DNA of 62,851 nucleotides, counting the filler. It is 10 parts of 10 records of this genome, joined end to end, with 100 filler letters (N's around TTAATTAATTAA, not from the genome) between each part and the next. Parts side by side here need not be neighbours in the genome. Positions count along the whole stretch, not along the records: positions 1 to 6,490 come from SRR31156797_126377; positions 6,591 to 13,981 come from SRR31156797_126918; 8 more parts are not named here. The stretch is one strand, 5' to 3'. The notes beneath the pieces were generated by a model. That model did no database searches and had not been told where the DNA came from. It saw only the letters and a program-made list of their open reading frames with translations. Each line of letters begins with the position of its first letter. Position 1 is the stretch's first letter. Made by a program: the position numbers and the translations under genes. Of this stretch, positions 1 to 10,088 are shown piece after piece.

Positions 1-1
1 C

Positions 2-967
2 ATTCTCGGCGAGTACAACATTGGAGGCGACGGCTGGGAGGAAGAGCGCGTACTCAAGCGCATTGGTTACGACATCATCACCGTCTTCACCGGCGACGGC
101 TCGTACGAGACTATGAAGAACGCCCACATGGCGCAGCTCAATCTCGTAATGTGCCACCGCTCCATTAACTACGTGGCGGAAATGATGAAAGCCAAATACG
201 GCACCGACTGGCTGAAGGTCAATTTTATCGGCGTTGAAGCCACAATCCAGTCGCTTAGAGACATTGCCAAGTATTTCGGCGATCCTGAGCTCATCGCCCG
301 CACGGAAGAGGTTATCCAGGATGAGCTGGCCGCTATCTATGACGATGTTGAGTATTACAAGAGCCGCCTCAAGGGCAAGACAGCCGGCATCTTTGTCGGC
401 GGATCCCGTTCACACCACTATCAGGCACTTTTAAGCGACTTCGGCGTAGAAACAATCATCGCCGGCTACGAATTCGCCCACCGCGACGACTACGAGGGGC
501 GCGACGTCATTCCAAACATCAAGGAAGACGCCGACAGCAAGAACATCGAAAACCTCACCGTTGGGCCGGACCCGGAGCTTTACAGCCCGAGACTGACCGA
601 CGAGCAGCGCGAGGCGCTTGCCAAGGAAATCCCGCTCGACAAGTACGACGGCATGATTCCGGAAATGAAAAACGGCCACGTTGTTATCGACGACTACAAC
701 CACGTTGAAACGGAGCTCATAATAAAGCTCTTAAAGCCCGACATCTTCTTCTCGGGCATCAAGGACAAATATATCATCCAGAAGGGCGGCACGCCCTCCC
801 GTCAGATGCACTCCTATGACTACGCCGGGCCGTACGCCGGCTTCAAGGGCGCCGTCAATTTTGCCAAAGACATCTCAATGGCCATCTATACAAATGCCTG
901 GGGATTCGTCGTTCCGCCCTGGAAGTCGGAACCGATCCTGCAAGGCGCAATCGGAGGTGAGCAGTAA
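2..967 (+). CDS. nifD: Nitrogenase MoFe protein alpha chain, 5' partial (clostridial/group II type)
   Basis: Frame is open from position 2 (ILGEYNIGGDGW...). It contains VMCHRSINY (FeMo-co Cys ligand), GGSRSHH, YEFAHRDDYEG followed by the group II insertion, and QMHSYDY (His ligand). The stop overlaps the nifK start (TAATG). Confidence 0.96.
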   Translation: MLGEYNIGGDGWEEERVLKRIGYDIITVFTGDGSYETMKNAHMAQLNLVMCHRSINYVAEMMKAKYGTDWLKVNFIGVEATIQSLRDIAKYFGDPELIARTEEVIQDELAAIYDDVEYYKSRLKGKTAGIFVGGSRSHHYQALLSDFGVETIIAGYEFAHRDDYEGRDVIPNIKEDADSKNIENLTVGPDPELYSPRLTDEQREALAKEIPLDKYDGMIPEMKNGHVVIDDYNHVETELIIKLLKPDIFFSGIKDKYIIQKGGTPSRQMHSYDYAGPYAGFKGAVNFAKDISMAIYTNAWGFVVPPWKSEPILQGAIGGEQ

Positions 968-2331
968 TGCTGGATCATACGCCAAAAACCATGTCCGAGC
1001 GTTCGGCGCTCCGGATCAATCCGTGCAAAACCTGCCAGCCGGTCGGCGCGCTGTACGCCGCACTGGGAGTGCACAAATGCATGCCCCACAGCCACGGCAG
1101 CCAGGGCTGCGCGTCTTACCACCGCACTTTTCTCTCCCGTCATTACAAGGAACCGGCCATGGCGTCGTCAAGCTCCTTCACGGAAGGTGCTTCCGTTTTC
1201 GGCGGCGGCAGCAACCTGAAAACGGCCGTCAAAAACGTTTTTGATATCTACGACCCGGACATCATCGCCGTGCATACAACCTGCCTTTCCGAGACAATCG
1301 GCGACGATGTGGGCTCATACATCATGGAAATGGATATCCCCGAGGGCAAGCTCGTCGTGCATACAAACACGCCAAGCTACGCCGGCTCCCACATCAACGG
1401 CTTTTTCAATATGATGTGCGGCTTCATCAACTATCTGGCTGAAAAGACCGAGGTATCCAACGGCAAAACCGGTATCTTCCCCGGCTTCGTCAACCCCGGC
1501 GACATGCGCGAACTCAAGCACCTGGCCGCCCTGATGAATGTGCCGATTACCATGTTCCCCGACACCAGCGGCGTTCTCGACGCGCCGATGACCGGCCGCT
1601 TCGCGATGTATCCCAAGGGCGGCACCACCATTCCCGAAATCCGCGGTCTGGGCGACTGTGACAGCATTCTCGCGCTCGGCTCTATTTCAAGCATTGAGCC
1701 GGCCGAGCTGATGAAAAAGAAATTTAAGGTCCCCTACAAGCTGCTCCCGCTGCCCATGGGCGTGGAAGCCACCGACCGGTTTATCATGGAGCTGTCCATG
1801 ATCTCCAAAAACGAGGTGCCGTATGAGCTTGAGGAACAGCGCGGCCAGCTCGTCGACATTTTGCTGGACTCCAACGCCTATACCTATGAGAAAAAGGCGG
1901 CCATCTACGGCGATCCCGATATCGTCGTGGGCCTCACGGCCATGTGCCTGGAGATGGGCATGATCCCCAAATACGTCATCACCGGCACGCCGAAAGAAGA
2001 TTTCACCCGCGAGGTCAAAGCCCTTTTAGAGCGCTACGGCGTGGAGGATTCCATTGTCAAGGCCAACGCCGACCTGTTCGAGCTGCATCAGCTCATCAAA
2101 AACGAGCCCGTCGACATCCTCATCGGCCACAGCTACGGCAAGGCCATCGCCAAAGCCGAGGATATCCCCTTCGTACGCGCCGGCTTCCCGATTCTGGACC
2201 GGTATGTGCACTCCTATATGCCGCTGGTTGGTTACTTCGGCATGATGCGCATGGTCGAGCGGATCACCAACGCGCTTATGGACCGTCAGGACGCCACGTG
2301 CAACGACGAGGACCTCGAGGTCGTCATGTAA
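967..2331 (+). CDS. nifK: Nitrogenase MoFe protein beta chain
   Basis: P-cluster motifs INPCKTCQPVGA, HSHGSQGC, TTCLSETIGDD and TPSY; short (454 aa) clostridial type; lies directly after nifD. Confidence 0.96.
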   Translation: MLDHTPKTMSERSALRINPCKTCQPVGALYAALGVHKCMPHSHGSQGCASYHRTFLSRHYKEPAMASSSSFTEGASVFGGGSNLKTAVKNVFDIYDPDIIAVHTTCLSETIGDDVGSYIMEMDIPEGKLVVHTNTPSYAGSHINGFFNMMCGFINYLAEKTEVSNGKTGIFPGFVNPGDMRELKHLAALMNVPITMFPDTSGVLDAPMTGRFAMYPKGGTTIPEIRGLGDCDSILALGSISSIEPAELMKKKFKVPYKLLPLPMGVEATDRFIMELSMISKNEVPYELEEQRGQLVDILLDSNAYTYEKKAAIYGDPDIVVGLTAMCLEMGMIPKYVITGTPKEDFTREVKALLERYGVEDSIVKANADLFELHQLIKNEPVDILIGHSYGKAIAKAEDIPFVRAGFPILDRYVHSYMPLVGYFGMMRMVERITNALMDRQDATCNDEDLEVVM

Positions 2332-2374
2332 TTCCCACCACAATAATATCCGAATTTTTAAAGGAGGCGTACTT

Positions 2375-3721
2375 ATGGTCAGAAAGCAAAGCGTTCTGGA
2401 AGAACGGAAAAAATCCATCATTGACCGGGCCGGCTGCTGTCAGGGCGATGGCAAGGGTATCAGCTGCGATAAGTCAAGCGTCTCCGGGGCTGTCAGCCAG
2501 CGCGCCTGCGTATTCAGCGGCGCGCGGGTTGTCCTAAACCCCATTACCGACGCCTACCATATCATCCACGGGCCCATCGGCTGCTCCAGCTACACCTGGG
2601 ACATCCGCGGCAGCCTGACGAGCGGCGCGGATACGTTCCGCACCAGCTATTCAACCGACCTGCGCGAGACCGACGTTATCTTCGGGGGCGAAAAAAAGCT
2701 CACAGCCGCCATTGACGAGCTCGTGGAAAAAGAGTGTGCGAAGCTGATTTTCGTGTACGCCACATGCATTGTCGGCGTCATCGGAGACGACATCGAAGCC
2801 ATTTGTAAAAATGCCGAGGATAAGTACAGCATTCGCGTCATACCCGTCAAAGCCTCCGGCTTTTCCGGAACAAAATCACAGGGCTACAAGCTCGCGTGCG
2901 ACGCCATCATGCAGCTGATCATGCCGTATAAAGACATCCCGAAGGTCGACGGCATCAACATCCTCGGGGATTTTAACCTTGCCGGGGAAATGTGGCTCAT
3001 CAAAGACTATATGAAAAAGATCGGTGTCAACGTCGTGTCCACGGCCACCGGAGACGCCAGCTATGAATCCCTTATTAAAATGCCGTCGGCAAAGCTCAAT
3101 ATTGTCCAGTGCGCCGGCTCCTCGACCTATCTGGCCAACCGCCTGGAAGAAGAGATGGGCATTCCCTTTATCAAGGTCAGCTTTTTCGGCGCGGAGGACA
3201 CATCGATGTCGCTTACGCGGATCGCGCAGGCGCTTGGCGACGAGCAGGCCATAGAGAAAGCCCGTGCGTTTACGGAAGCCGAGACCGCAAAAGCCGAAAT
3301 ATTTTTAGAAAAATACCGCCCGCGTTTTGAGGGCAAGAAGGCCGCCATTTATGTCGGCGGCGGCTTCAAAGCCATCTCGCTCATCAAGCAGTTCAACGAA
3401 ATGGGCATCGAGACCGTCGTTGTCGGCACGCAGACCGGCAAGGCCGAGGACTATGAGATCATCGAGCAGCTCGTAAACCCCGGCACCATTATTTTAGACG
3501 ATGCCAACCCGTCCGAGCTGGAGGAATACATGCTTGCCAAGGGGGCCGACATACTGGTCGGCGGCGTCAAGGAACGGCCATTGGCCTATAAGCTCGGCAT
3601 CTCCTTTTGCGACCACAACCATGAACGAAAGCACGCATTAGCCGGCTTTGAGGGCATCCGCAATTTCACCCAGGAAGTCAATTTATCGATCAACAGCCCC
3701 GTTTGGGCTTTCTGCCGCTAG
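2375..3721 (+). CDS. nifE: FeMo-cofactor scaffold NifE
   Basis: SQRACVFSGARVVL, HGPIGC, YATCIVGVIGDD and VQCAGS motifs; AGGAGG RBS; position after nifK. Confidence 0.94.
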   Translation: MVRKQSVLEERKKSIIDRAGCCQGDGKGISCDKSSVSGAVSQRACVFSGARVVLNPITDAYHIIHGPIGCSSYTWDIRGSLTSGADTFRTSYSTDLRETDVIFGGEKKLTAAIDELVEKECAKLIFVYATCIVGVIGDDIEAICKNAEDKYSIRVIPVKASGFSGTKSQGYKLACDAIMQLIMPYKDIPKVDGINILGDFNLAGEMWLIKDYMKKIGVNVVSTATGDASYESLIKMPSAKLNIVQCAGSSTYLANRLEEEMGIPFIKVSFFGAEDTSMSLTRIAQALGDEQAIEKARAFTEAETAKAEIFLEKYRPRFEGKKAAIYVGGGFKAISLIKQFNEMGIETVVVGTQTGKAEDYEIIEQLVNPGTIILDDANPSELEEYMLAKGADILVGGVKERPLAYKLGISFCDHNHERKHALAGFEGIRNFTQEVNLSINSPVWAFCR

Positions 3722-3729
3722 AGATAGTA

Positions 3730-3821
3730 GGTTCAGGCTGACACCAGCCTGAACCGTGGCGGCGGAATGTACCGCCGCCGGATAAAATCGTCAATAACGC
3801 TCGAAACGCTCCTGCCGAGCG
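3730..3821 (+). promoter_or_regulatory. Three tandem hairpins in the nifE-nifNB spacer
   Basis: GGTTCAGGCTG-acac-CAGCCTGAACC (3730-3755), GGCGGCGG-aatgta-CCGCCGCC (3758-3779) and CGCTCG...CGAGCG (3798-3821); no U-tract follows. Confidence 0.6.
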
Positions 3822-3864
3822 ACAACCCGGGCCTTAAAATATAGATGAAAGGCGTGATCATTTT

Positions 3865-6490
3865 ATGGGCGCTAATCTCGTTAATCTGAATGTCAATCCC
3901 TGCAAAATGTGCATGCCCATGGGGGCCGTCAGCGCCTTTTGCGGCATCAAGAACTGTATGTCCATCCTCCACGGCTCACAGGGCTGCGCTACCTATATAC
4001 GCCGCCATATGGCCACGCATTATAACGAACCGATCGACATTGCCTCATCGTCCCTGACAGAGGAAGGCACCGTGTTCGGCGGCCGTGAAAACCTGATCAA
4101 GGGCCTGGAGAACTTAATTAAGCTCTACAATCCCGAGATCATCGGCATATCCACAACCTGTCTGGCCGAGACGATCGGCGAGGATGTGGACACAATCGTC
4201 AAGGAATTTTACGAGCGGAACCCGGACGCTGGCGTCACCATCATCAATGTTTCGTCCGCTGGATACGGCGGAACGCAGTATGAGGGCTTTGCCAAGACGC
4301 TGTGGTCCATCGTATCCCAGGTCCCAATGGACCCCACGCCGAACGGGCGCGTCAACATCATCACACCCATGATCTCCCCGGCCGATTGTCGGAAGCTGAA
4401 GCACCTGCTTGACGGCATGGGCATTGATTACGTCCTGCTGCCCGATCTGTCGGATAATCTCGACGGCGTGCACGTTGAAAAATATGAGCGGCTAAAGGGC
4501 GGCGGTACCTCGCTGAACGATATCAAATCCATGGCCGGCGCGAAGCACACCATTGAGCTGATGCTCTTTAACGACGAAAAATATTCCCCGGCAAAGCTTC
4601 TCAGCGAGCGCTATGGGGTATCCTATACAAAAATGGCCCTGCCCGTCGGCATCCGCGACACGGACGCTTTTATTGACAAGCTCGTCTCCCTCGGCGGGAC
4701 CGTCACGGAAGAGATAACAAAGGGGCGCGGCCGCTATCTAGACGCCATGATTGACGCGCACAAGTACTGCGCGGAAGGGCGCGCGGCTATTTTCGGCGAG
4801 CCTGATTTCGTCTATTCCATGACGCGGCTGTGCTGTGAAAACGGCACGGTGCCTGTCGGCGTTCTCACCGGCAGCGTCTGTTCCTCACTGAAGCCGGCTG
4901 TGGAGGCCGACGTCAAGGCCGCAGCGGATAACCTGTTCGTCGACGAAACCGTCATTTTGGACGACTGCGATTTTGACCGGATGGAACAGGAAGCGGAGCG
5001 CCTCGGCGTCAACGTCCTGATCGGCAGCTCCGACGGCCGCCGCATGGCCGGAAGGCTGGGGCTTAATATCATCCGCTGCGCCTTCCCCATCCACGACCGG
5101 GTCGGCGGCCAGCGCGTCGAAACGCTCCTGTACGAGGGCTCGCTGGGTATTCTCGATCAGATTGCCAATCAAATGCTCGGCCACAAGGAAGAGACGTTCC
5201 GCGAAACGATACACGACCAGTATTTCGGCAGCGGCGACGAAAAATCCGCCTGCGCCTCAAAGCCCAGTGAGCAGCCCGACATTATAAACCTGCCGGACAT
5301 CCGTACAAAAACGGAAAAACACCCGTGCTTCAACTGCTCCGGCGGCAAATATGCCCGCATCCATCTGCCCATTGCACCGGCCTGCAACATCCAGTGCAAC
5401 TATTGCGTCCGCAAATATGACTGCCCAAATGAAAGCCGGCCCGGCGTTACGACGGCCGTTTTGTCTCCGGAGGACGCCTTCGCGCGTTTCATGCAGGCCA
5501 AAAGCAAAATGGATAACCTCACAGTCGTCGGCATCGCCGGGCCGGGCGACGCACTGGCTAATTTCCCCGAAACGAAAAAGACACTGGAAATGATCCGCCG
5601 CGAGGACCCCGACGTTACCTTCTGCCTGTCCACCAACGGCCTGATGCTGCCGCTGCATGCGCAGGAGCTCATCGACCTGGGCGTGTCGCACGTCACCGTT
5701 ACGATTAACGCCGTGGACCCTCAAATCGGCGCGAAAATCTATAAGCATATCAACTATCTCGGCACAACGTATACCGGCATTGAGGCAGCATCCATTCTCC
5801 TGGCCAATCAGCTGTCCGGCATCCGGTATCTCACGTCAAGAGGCATTGTCTGCAAGGTCAACACGGTTATGCTCAAGGGCATCAACGAGGACCACATCGA
5901 GGACGTCGTCAAGAAGGTCAGCAGCCTGGGCGCTTATATCTCCAACATCATGCAGCTGATCCCCGTTAAGGGCTCCGCCTTTGAGGACCTCGAGCTTGTC
6001 AGCAACAAAGAGATCATGGCCATCCGCGAAAAATGCGCGCCGGAGCTGCGCCAGATGTACCACTGCCGCCAGTGCCGGGCCGACGCCGTCGGAACGCTCG
6101 ATAACGACCGGTCCATCGAATATACCGGCTGCCCCAGCGCCGCCAAAAAGCCGGCCGAGACACCAAGCGCTTCGGATAAGCCGGCAAAGAAATTTGCCGT
6201 CGCCTCCAAAAGCGGCATGCTGGTAGACCAGCATTTCGGCAAGGCCACGGAATTTTATATCTACGAATCCAACGGCGAGACCGTCCGTTTTGTTGAAAAG
6301 CGCCTCGTTAAAAACTACTGCACCGGCGAGGACACGTGCGGTGACGACAAGAAAGCCAGCATTGAATCCATCCTGTCTGCCGTATCCGACTGTCAGGGCG
6401 TTCTGGCACTGCGGACGGGCGACGCGCCGTCCCGCAAACTCGAAAGCAGCGGCATCCGCGTTATATCCACGTACGATCGCATTGAGGACG
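3865..6490 (+). CDS. nifB: Fused NifN-NifB (NifN scaffold + radical SAM NifB + C-terminal NifX-like domain), 3' truncated at contig end
   Basis: N-terminal half NPCKMCMPMG/HGSQGC/TTCLAETIGED (NifN). C-terminal half HPC, CNIQCNYC, ESRPG, GIAGPGD, STNG and CRQCRADA (NifB), then VDQHFGKA (NifX-like). Confidence 0.94.
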
Positions 6491-6590
6491 NNNNNNNNNN
6501 NNNNNNNNNNNNNNNNNNNNNNNNNNNNNNNNNNTTAATTAATTAANNNNNNNNNNNNNNNNNNNNNNNNNNNNNNNNNNNNNNNNNNNN
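6491..6590. other. Assembly spacer (N44-TTAATTAATTAA-N44), contig junction
   Basis: N run with an all-frame stop linker. Identical spacers lie at 13982-14081, 20372-20471, 25913-26012, 31332-31431, 36573-36672, 43150-43249, 52517-52616 and 57683-57782. Confidence 0.99.
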
Positions 6591-6591
6591 C

Positions 6592-6999
6592 GCGATCACG
6601 CCGCCGGTGGCGCTGGCCGCGTACGTTGGCGCGGGTATCGCCGGGGCGCCCATCATGAAAACGGGTTTCACCGCGATGCGGCTTGGTATTGCGGCTTATA
6701 TCCTGCCATTTGTCTTTGTCTACTGGCCGGCCATGGTGATCTGGATGGAATCCCCGATCGAGCGTGTCGTCCTTGCCGTCCTGGGTGGCGCCGTTGCCGT
6801 CTTCTGTATGGGGTGCGTCGGCGAGCGGTTTCTCGTCCGCCAATTGCCCTGGTACAAGATGGCGATGCTGGTCGTCGCCGTTGCCTTGATCATTCACCCG
6901 GCCAACATCGCCAATCTCGCGGCCATAGCCATAGCGATATTCGTCGGAGCAACCGAATTATTGGCAAGGAAACGCGGGGCACGTACCTGCGAAACGTAA
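6592..6999 (+). CDS. TRAP (TAXI-type) 4TM/12TM fused permease, C-terminal fragment
   Basis: AITPPVALAAYVGAGIAGA...RLGIAAYILPFVFVY motif typical of DctQM fusions; hydrophobic helices. Confidence 0.85.
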   Translation, partial: AITPPVALAAYVGAGIAGAPIMKTGFTAMRLGIAAYILPFVFVYWPAMVIWMESPIERVVLAVLGGAVAVFCMGCVGERFLVRQLPWYKMAMLVVAVALIIHPANIANLAAIAIAIFVGATELLARKRGARTCET

Positions 7000-7404
7000 T
7001 ACGCGGCCTGGACCTTGTATGCGCAAGCACGGCATTGAATGGCAGACAAATGTCAACGCAGGAACAACGAACACACCTCTGGCCGAAGCAAAAGTGCATC
7101 ACCGGGGCGACATATAAATTAGCCCACTCGGCGTGAGGGTGGGGTGGTCAACTCCCCTACGACGGGTTTCGGCGGAACCGAAACATGGATGGGTGACGGT
7201 TTAAGTCCACCCATTCGGTGTATCAGACGGCGCGCCGCCTTACGCTTGATTTCACGGGCGCTGACTTCGACGGTCGACAGACGAGGAACCCATAGCGCGG
7301 AATCCTCAATGTCGTCGAATCCCGTAGTGCCGATGTCGGCGCATGTGAAACTGGAACGATATAGTGAATACGATCTCCATCTTTGATTAGGATTTGTGTG
7401 GAAC

Positions 7405-7866
7405 ATGAAAATAAGCGTTGGAAGCGACAGTTCATCTCATTTCGTTGATGCCATATGCGAGCATTTGGTGTCCAAAGGCTGCATCCTTCATCGATGCGGT
7501 GCCACGGCTGGGGTGCAGGCAGACTATGTGGATGCCGCATCCGAGGTTGCCGAGAACGTTTCCAAAGGCAAAAGCAACTTCGGTGTTTTGTTCTGCAATA
7601 CCGGAACCGGCGTCACCATCATTGCGAACAAGTACCATGGCGTTCGGGCGGCGCATTGCTACGACACGTTTTCCGCGGAAATCTCCAAGCTTGCCAACAA
7701 CGCGAATGTTCTCGTGTTGTCTGTTCGATCGACTGGTGAACGCTTGGGAAAGGAAATCGTTGACGTTTGGCTTGCAACCGATCCTTCCGAAGAACCGCGT
7801 CGAGCCAATTTTCATCGGAAAACAGATGATGTCGACGCCAAAACACGAACGGACATCCGGAAATGA
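7405..7866 (+). CDS. RpiB/LacA/LacB family sugar-phosphate isomerase (atypical active-site residues)
   Basis: MKISVGSD, DYVD, GVLFCNTGTG, ANKYHGVRAA and NNANVL motifs. Confidence 0.88.
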   Translation: MKISVGSDSSSHFVDAICEHLVSKGCILHRCGATAGVQADYVDAASEVAENVSKGKSNFGVLFCNTGTGVTIIANKYHGVRAAHCYDTFSAEISKLANNANVLVLSVRSTGERLGKEIVDVWLATDPSEEPRRANFHRKTDDVDAKTRTDIRK

Positions 7867-8678
7867 ATGGACTGCTTTCCGATCGAACGATCAGCGTGCA
7901 AACTCTGCTGCCCAAGGACTATAGGCACGATCCGGCGTTCTCTCGGCATCTGGCCGTTATCCGGGACTGCGGTTTTTCCGGGGTCGAGCTCAATATCGTC
8001 GATGTCGAGGCGGTCGAACCCAACGATCTTCAGGCTTTTCTCGACGAATTCGGACTGCGTCTCACCGCTTACGCATCGGGCGCCGCCGCCATGGCCGCCG
8101 GTCTGTCCCTGTCCCATGATGACGAGGAGGAGCGCCGGCGGGCCGTCCGGGCCTGCGAGACCTTCCTGACCTTCGCGTCCCATTTCGACGTCGGCGTCAT
8201 TGTCGGGTTTCTTAAAGGCGGGCCAGACGCCCGTTGCGACAGGCTCATCGCATCCCTGAACGAACTGGCACCTGTGGCCGAAGAACTCAATGTCGATCTT
8301 CTGCTTGAGGCGACCAACCGATATGAAAGCGGCGTCTGCAACAGCCTCGCCGATACCATCGCGGTCATCGATGCGGTCGGTTCGCAGCGCCTCATGCTGC
8401 TGCCCGATACCTTCCACATGAATATCGAGGAAACCGACATGCCCGGCGCCCTCGGCCTATGGATCGACCGTATCCGGTCGATCCATCTGTCCGACAACAA
8501 CCGCTTTCTGCCGGGTCATGGTGCGATCGACTTCGAAAACCTGCTGCAGGGTCTCCTGACACGTGGTTTCGAGGGAACCCTTGCCCTGGAAGGCAATCTA
8601 TCGGAATCGTTCGATAGCGATGTCCGATTGTCTGCCGATTACCTGTCGAACATCCGGCAAAACGAAGCGCTCGCCTGA
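7863..8678 (+). CDS. Sugar phosphate isomerase/epimerase (xylose isomerase-like TIM barrel; IolO/D-tagatose 3-epimerase-like)
   Basis: LEATNRYE, DTFHMNIEE and HLSDNNRFLPGHGAIDF metal-binding motifs; ATGA overlap with the RpiB-family gene. Confidence 0.88.
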   Translation: MNGLLSDRTISVQTLLPKDYRHDPAFSRHLAVIRDCGFSGVELNIVDVEAVEPNDLQAFLDEFGLRLTAYASGAAAMAAGLSLSHDDEEERRRAVRACETFLTFASHFDVGVIVGFLKGGPDARCDRLIASLNELAPVAEELNVDLLLEATNRYESGVCNSLADTIAVIDAVGSQRLMLLPDTFHMNIEETDMPGALGLWIDRIRSIHLSDNNRFLPGHGAIDFENLLQGLLTRGFEGTLALEGNLSESFDSDVRLSADYLSNIRQNEALA

Positions 8679-8681
8679 ATG

Positions 8682-8710
8682 AAAAACCGGCCGGGATCTC
8701 TCCCGGCTGG
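8682..8710 (-). terminator. Rho-independent terminator between convergent genes
   Basis: AAAAA-CCGGCCGGGA-tctc-TCCCGGCTGG; the A-run gives a U-tract on the minus strand. Confidence 0.65.
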
Positions 8711-8739
8711 CCTTATCGTCGCAATGATCTGATCTGTAT

Positions 8740-9831
8740 CTATCCGAGTGCCGCTTCCCGCATGGCCAGGAAGCGCTGATCGCTCCATTTGCTCCAGTTG
8801 CGGGCTTCGGTCAGATAGGCCGTGAAGCTTTTGCTGATCTTGGCCGTCATCTCGTCGGTGGCGGCCAGTTCGGCCAGGACTTCCTTCGACGCCTTGCCCA
8901 GGGCCAGGACGATATCGTCGGGCCAGGTGTGCAGCTGCACGCCGTGTTCGTTGACCAGGATGTCGAGGAATTTGGCGTTATGCCGCGTGAAGTCGGCCAG
9001 CGATTCGTCGGCCGAGGCGGCGGCGGCGTATTCGACGATCTTCTGCAGGTCCGTCGGCAGGGCTTCGAACTTGGCTTTGTCGACCATGCATTCCAGCGTC
9101 GGGCCGCCTTCATGGAAGGCCGGGTTGTAATAGTGCTTGGCGATCTTGTGCAGGCCGAAGGCCAGGTCGTTCCACGGACCGACCCATTCGGCGGCATCGA
9201 CCACGCCCGACTGCATGGACGGGAAGATTTCGCCCGGCGGGGTTAGAACAACCTGGACGCCGAGCTTGCGCATGACGGCGCCGCCCAATCCGGCGATGCG
9301 CATCTTCAGGCCCTGCAAGTCGTCCAGGCCCTTGATCTCGTCGCGGAACCAGCCGCCGGCCTGGACGCCGCTGTTGCCGGCGTAGAAGCCTTTCAATCCG
9401 AACTGGCCGTACACCTCGTCCCACAGCTCCTGGCCGCCGCCGAAGCGAAGCCAGGCACTCATTTCCCAGGCCGTCAGGCCGAAGGGAACGCAAGTGAAGT
9501 AGTTCAGGGCCTTGCTTTTGCCCTGCCAGAAATAGGGCGATCCGTGCGCCATGTCGGCGGTGCCGGTCTGCACCGCGTCCAGGCATTGGAACGGCGGTAC
9601 CAGCTCGCCGGCTGCGAACAGCTTCACCTTCAGGCGGCCGCCACTCATCTCGTTGATCTTGTCGGCCAGTCGCTGCGCGTTGACTCCGACCCCCGGCGCG
9701 TTGCGCGGCCAGGGCGTGACCATGCGCCATTCGATGGCGCTCTGGGCGATGGCTGGAGCCGGAAATGTCGATGCGGCACCGACGGCGGCGCCTGCCGCGG
9801 CCGCGGATTTCAGGAATTGACGGCGTTTCAC
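8740..9831 (-). CDS. dctP: TRAP solute-binding protein DctP (TakP-like), Tat signal
   Basis: KRRQFLK twin-arginine signal, APAIAQ, WRMVTPWP, KMRIAGLG and DAAEWVGP motifs; GTG start at 9831 with an AGGGGG RBS. Confidence 0.92.
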   Translation of the reverse strand: MKRRQFLKSAAAAGAAVGAASTFPAPAIAQSAIEWRMVTPWPRNAPGVGVNAQRLADKINEMSGGRLKVKLFAAGELVPPFQCLDAVQTGTADMAHGSPYFWQGKSKALNYFTCVPFGLTAWEMSAWLRFGGGQELWDEVYGQFGLKGFYAGNSGVQAGGWFRDEIKGLDDLQGLKMRIAGLGGAVMRKLGVQVVLTPPGEIFPSMQSGVVDAAEWVGPWNDLAFGLHKIAKHYYNPAFHEGGPTLECMVDKAKFEALPTDLQKIVEYAAAASADESLADFTRHNAKFLDILVNEHGVQLHTWPDDIVLALGKASKEVLAELAATDEMTAKISKSFTAYLTEARNWSKWSDQRFLAMREAALG

Positions 9832-10088
9832 TTCTATCCCCCTAACCTGGAATTCGGTTTCCCCCACCGGAAAACCGGACGGCGAGTTTAGAACAAGGTG
9901 CCGGCAGATGAAAACGATTCCGAATATCGCGCCGTATCTGCCACCCTAAGGGGAACGGGCATCGGCGGCATCTGTTTTGCCGTCGGGTTCCCGTCTACCG
10001 TTCTCGGCTTTCGGGAACCCAGGCAATCGCTTGAAGGATAGAGGCGGCCGGCACCCGTTTCTTGGGGCGGGCCGAGGGGGGAGGGGGA

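Noticed and set aside
1..6490. Possible alternative (V/Fe) nitrogenase or Nif-like reductase
   Set aside because: No vnfG/anfG between D and K; the NifD motifs and nifE/nifN-B context fit a conventional group II Mo-nitrogenase.
6491..6590. Recurrent TTAATTAATTAA motif flanked by Ns (9 copies)
   Set aside because: Artificial all-frame stop linker for contig concatenation, not a biological repeat or CRISPR; ORFs ending in 'XXXLIN' are artefacts.
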